From contig JAPOXD010000021.1 in assembly GCA_026707285.1 (NCBI GenBank), positions 2,559 to 66,558 of the forward strand: a DNA stretch of 64,000 nt, read 5' to 3'. Below the pieces are notes generated by a model that saw only the letters and a program-made list of their open reading frames with translations, was not told the origin of the DNA and ran no database searches. The stretch is from Chloroflexota bacterium (GTDB lineage Bacteria; Chloroflexota; UBA11872). Of this stretch, positions 63,097 to 64,000 are shown piece by piece. A program made the position numbers and the translations under genes. The number at the start of each line of letters is the position of its first letter. The first letter of the stretch is position 1.

Positions 63097-63996
63097 TCAT
63101 TCGAACAGGTGGTGAAAGGGCTTGGACGATGTCTCCGGCTCGGCTTCCTCCGTGAAGCCGATGTGGAAGAGTGCGTCGCCTTCGTGGGCGAGGGGGAGGT
63201 TCGTGCGGCCCACGATCACGCCGTCCATGGGCGATTTGATGTCGGTTTCCGTCTCGCCCAGCGGATCCGAGACGACGGCCAGCAGCGCTCCGTCCTCGAT
63301 CTCGGCGCCGATCGGCTGTCGCATCCTGATCACGCCGCTGGCCGGGGCCCGCACCCAGCTGCTCTCGCGCAGGATCACGGGAGCTTCCGTTTCGCTGACC
63401 CGCTTTTGCTTGGGCAACATGCCGAGATGCTCCATGACCCCGATCACGCCCCATAGACCAGTGCGTATCGCCGTTTCATCGAAGCGGAGCGCTTCGCCGG
63501 CTTCGTAGACGATCACGGGAACGTCTCGCTTGTCGGCCGCCTCGCGCAGGCTCCCATCTCGGGAGGCGGAATTCACCACCAGCGGAGCGCCGAACGCCCG
63601 CGCCATGGGCTCGGCCGCGGGATTGTCCAGATCGACGCGAATTTGCGGATAGTTCTCCCGGTGCACGGCGCCGGTGTGGAGGTCGATGCCGTGCGTGGCG
63701 CTCGAGAGGATCTGGTCGACGAACATCTCGGCGAGGCGGGCGGCCAGCGAGCCTTTGGCGGACCCGGGGAAGGAGCGGTTGAGGTCGCGCCGGTCCGGCA
63801 GGTATCGACTGAGATTCAAGAAGCCGGGCACGTTCACGATTGGAACGGCGATCAGCGCTCCCTTGAGGCGCCTCAAGGCGGCCAGCTTGATGATGCGCCG
63901 GATGATCTCGACCCCGTTGAGCTCGTCGCCGTGGATGGCAGCCGAGACGAACAAGACCGGCCCATCCTCGGCGCCGTTGATGACGTGCACCGGCAT
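63097..63996 (-). CDS. succinylglutamate desuccinylase / aspartoacylase (AstE/AspA) family zinc hydrolase
   Basis: N-terminal ..GPVLFVSAAIHGDELNGVEIIRRI.. (H-x-x-E zinc motif) and length ~300 aa typical of the family. Confidence 0.7.
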   Translation of the reverse strand: MPVHVINGAEDGPVLFVSAAIHGDELNGVEIIRRIIKLAALRRLKGALIAVPIVNVPGFLNLSRYLPDRRDLNRSFPGSAKGSLAARLAEMFVDQILSSATHGIDLHTGAVHRENYPQIRVDLDNPAAEPMARAFGAPLVVNSASRDGSLREAADKRDVPVIVYEAGEALRFDETAIRTGLWGVIGVMEHLGMLPKQKRVSETEAPVILRESSWVRAPASGVIRMRQPIGAEIEDGALLAVVSDPLGETETDIKSPMDGVIVGRTNLPLAHEGDALFHIGFTEEAEPETSSKPFHHLFE

Positions 63997-64000
63997 CGCC

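Overview
High-GC (roughly 65-70% by eye) bacterial chromosomal window. Two families of short intergenic palindromic repeats look Chloroflexi-like: the GGATTCCCGCCTCCGCGGGAATGACGGAGGG type that translates as 'IPASAGMTE / DSRLRGNDG', and the CCTGAGCTTGCCGAAGGGCTCACCACGAACGG type that translates as 'GEPFGKLRAGS / PVLSLPK'. No rRNA, CRISPR array, integrase or transposase was seen.

Content in order:
(i) 1-14 kb: a glycan-utilisation neighbourhood. It holds four BNR/Asp-box sialidase-like paralogs, a GH42 beta-galactosidase, a GH116 beta-glucosidase, and a Gfo/Idh/MocA oxidoreductase next to a xylose-isomerase-like TIM-barrel protein. It also holds a secreted protein made of three tandem Cache domains.
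(ii) 16-20 kb and 31-33 kb: three paralogs of an uncharacterised TIM-barrel hydrolase-like family.
(iii) Toxin-antitoxin modules: higBA, an orphan Phd/YefM antitoxin, and a Phd-VapC pair.
(iv) A thioredoxin-fold lipoprotein (TlpA/ResA-like redoxin) whose CxxC active site is encoded as an in-frame TGA-G-I-C, with a hairpin right downstream. This is a candidate selenoprotein.
(v) A MacB-type ABC pair, tRNA-Lys and a GH32 hydrolase.
(vi) A Met/Asp-rich secreted protein divergently paired with a membrane-anchored sulfite-oxidase-family molybdoenzyme. The pairing resembles the MrpX/MsrP hypochlorite-scavenging system.
(vii) 34-43 kb: a lower-GC lipid/sterol-modification cluster. It contains a Rieske non-heme-iron oxygenase, an MMPL/RND transporter, an ERG6-type sterol C-24 methyltransferase, a GOLPH3(GPP34)-cytochrome P450 fusion and a COG2907 FAD oxidoreductase. 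This is the most interesting candidate system in the window.
(viii) A tRNA-Arg with a duplicated 3' fragment bracketing a YegS/DAGK lipid kinase.
(ix) An M23 peptidase, a YihY/BrkB protein and an exopolysaccharide locus. The locus has GT4 enzymes, a priming sugar transferase, two Wzz-like proteins and a degenerate BY-kinase-like domain.
(x) Two tandem aldo/keto reductases, then rplU-rpmA.
(xi) A duplicated tRNA-Ala(CGC) bracketing a 2-kb islet with an XRE-ImmA/IrrE regulator and an unknown protein, followed by a lower-GC purC plus HAD segment.
(xii) An FAD oxidoreductase, a membrane protein, VapBC and an AstE/AspA-family hydrolase.

Many long overlapping ORFs in the six-frame track are high-GC artefacts and are not reported.
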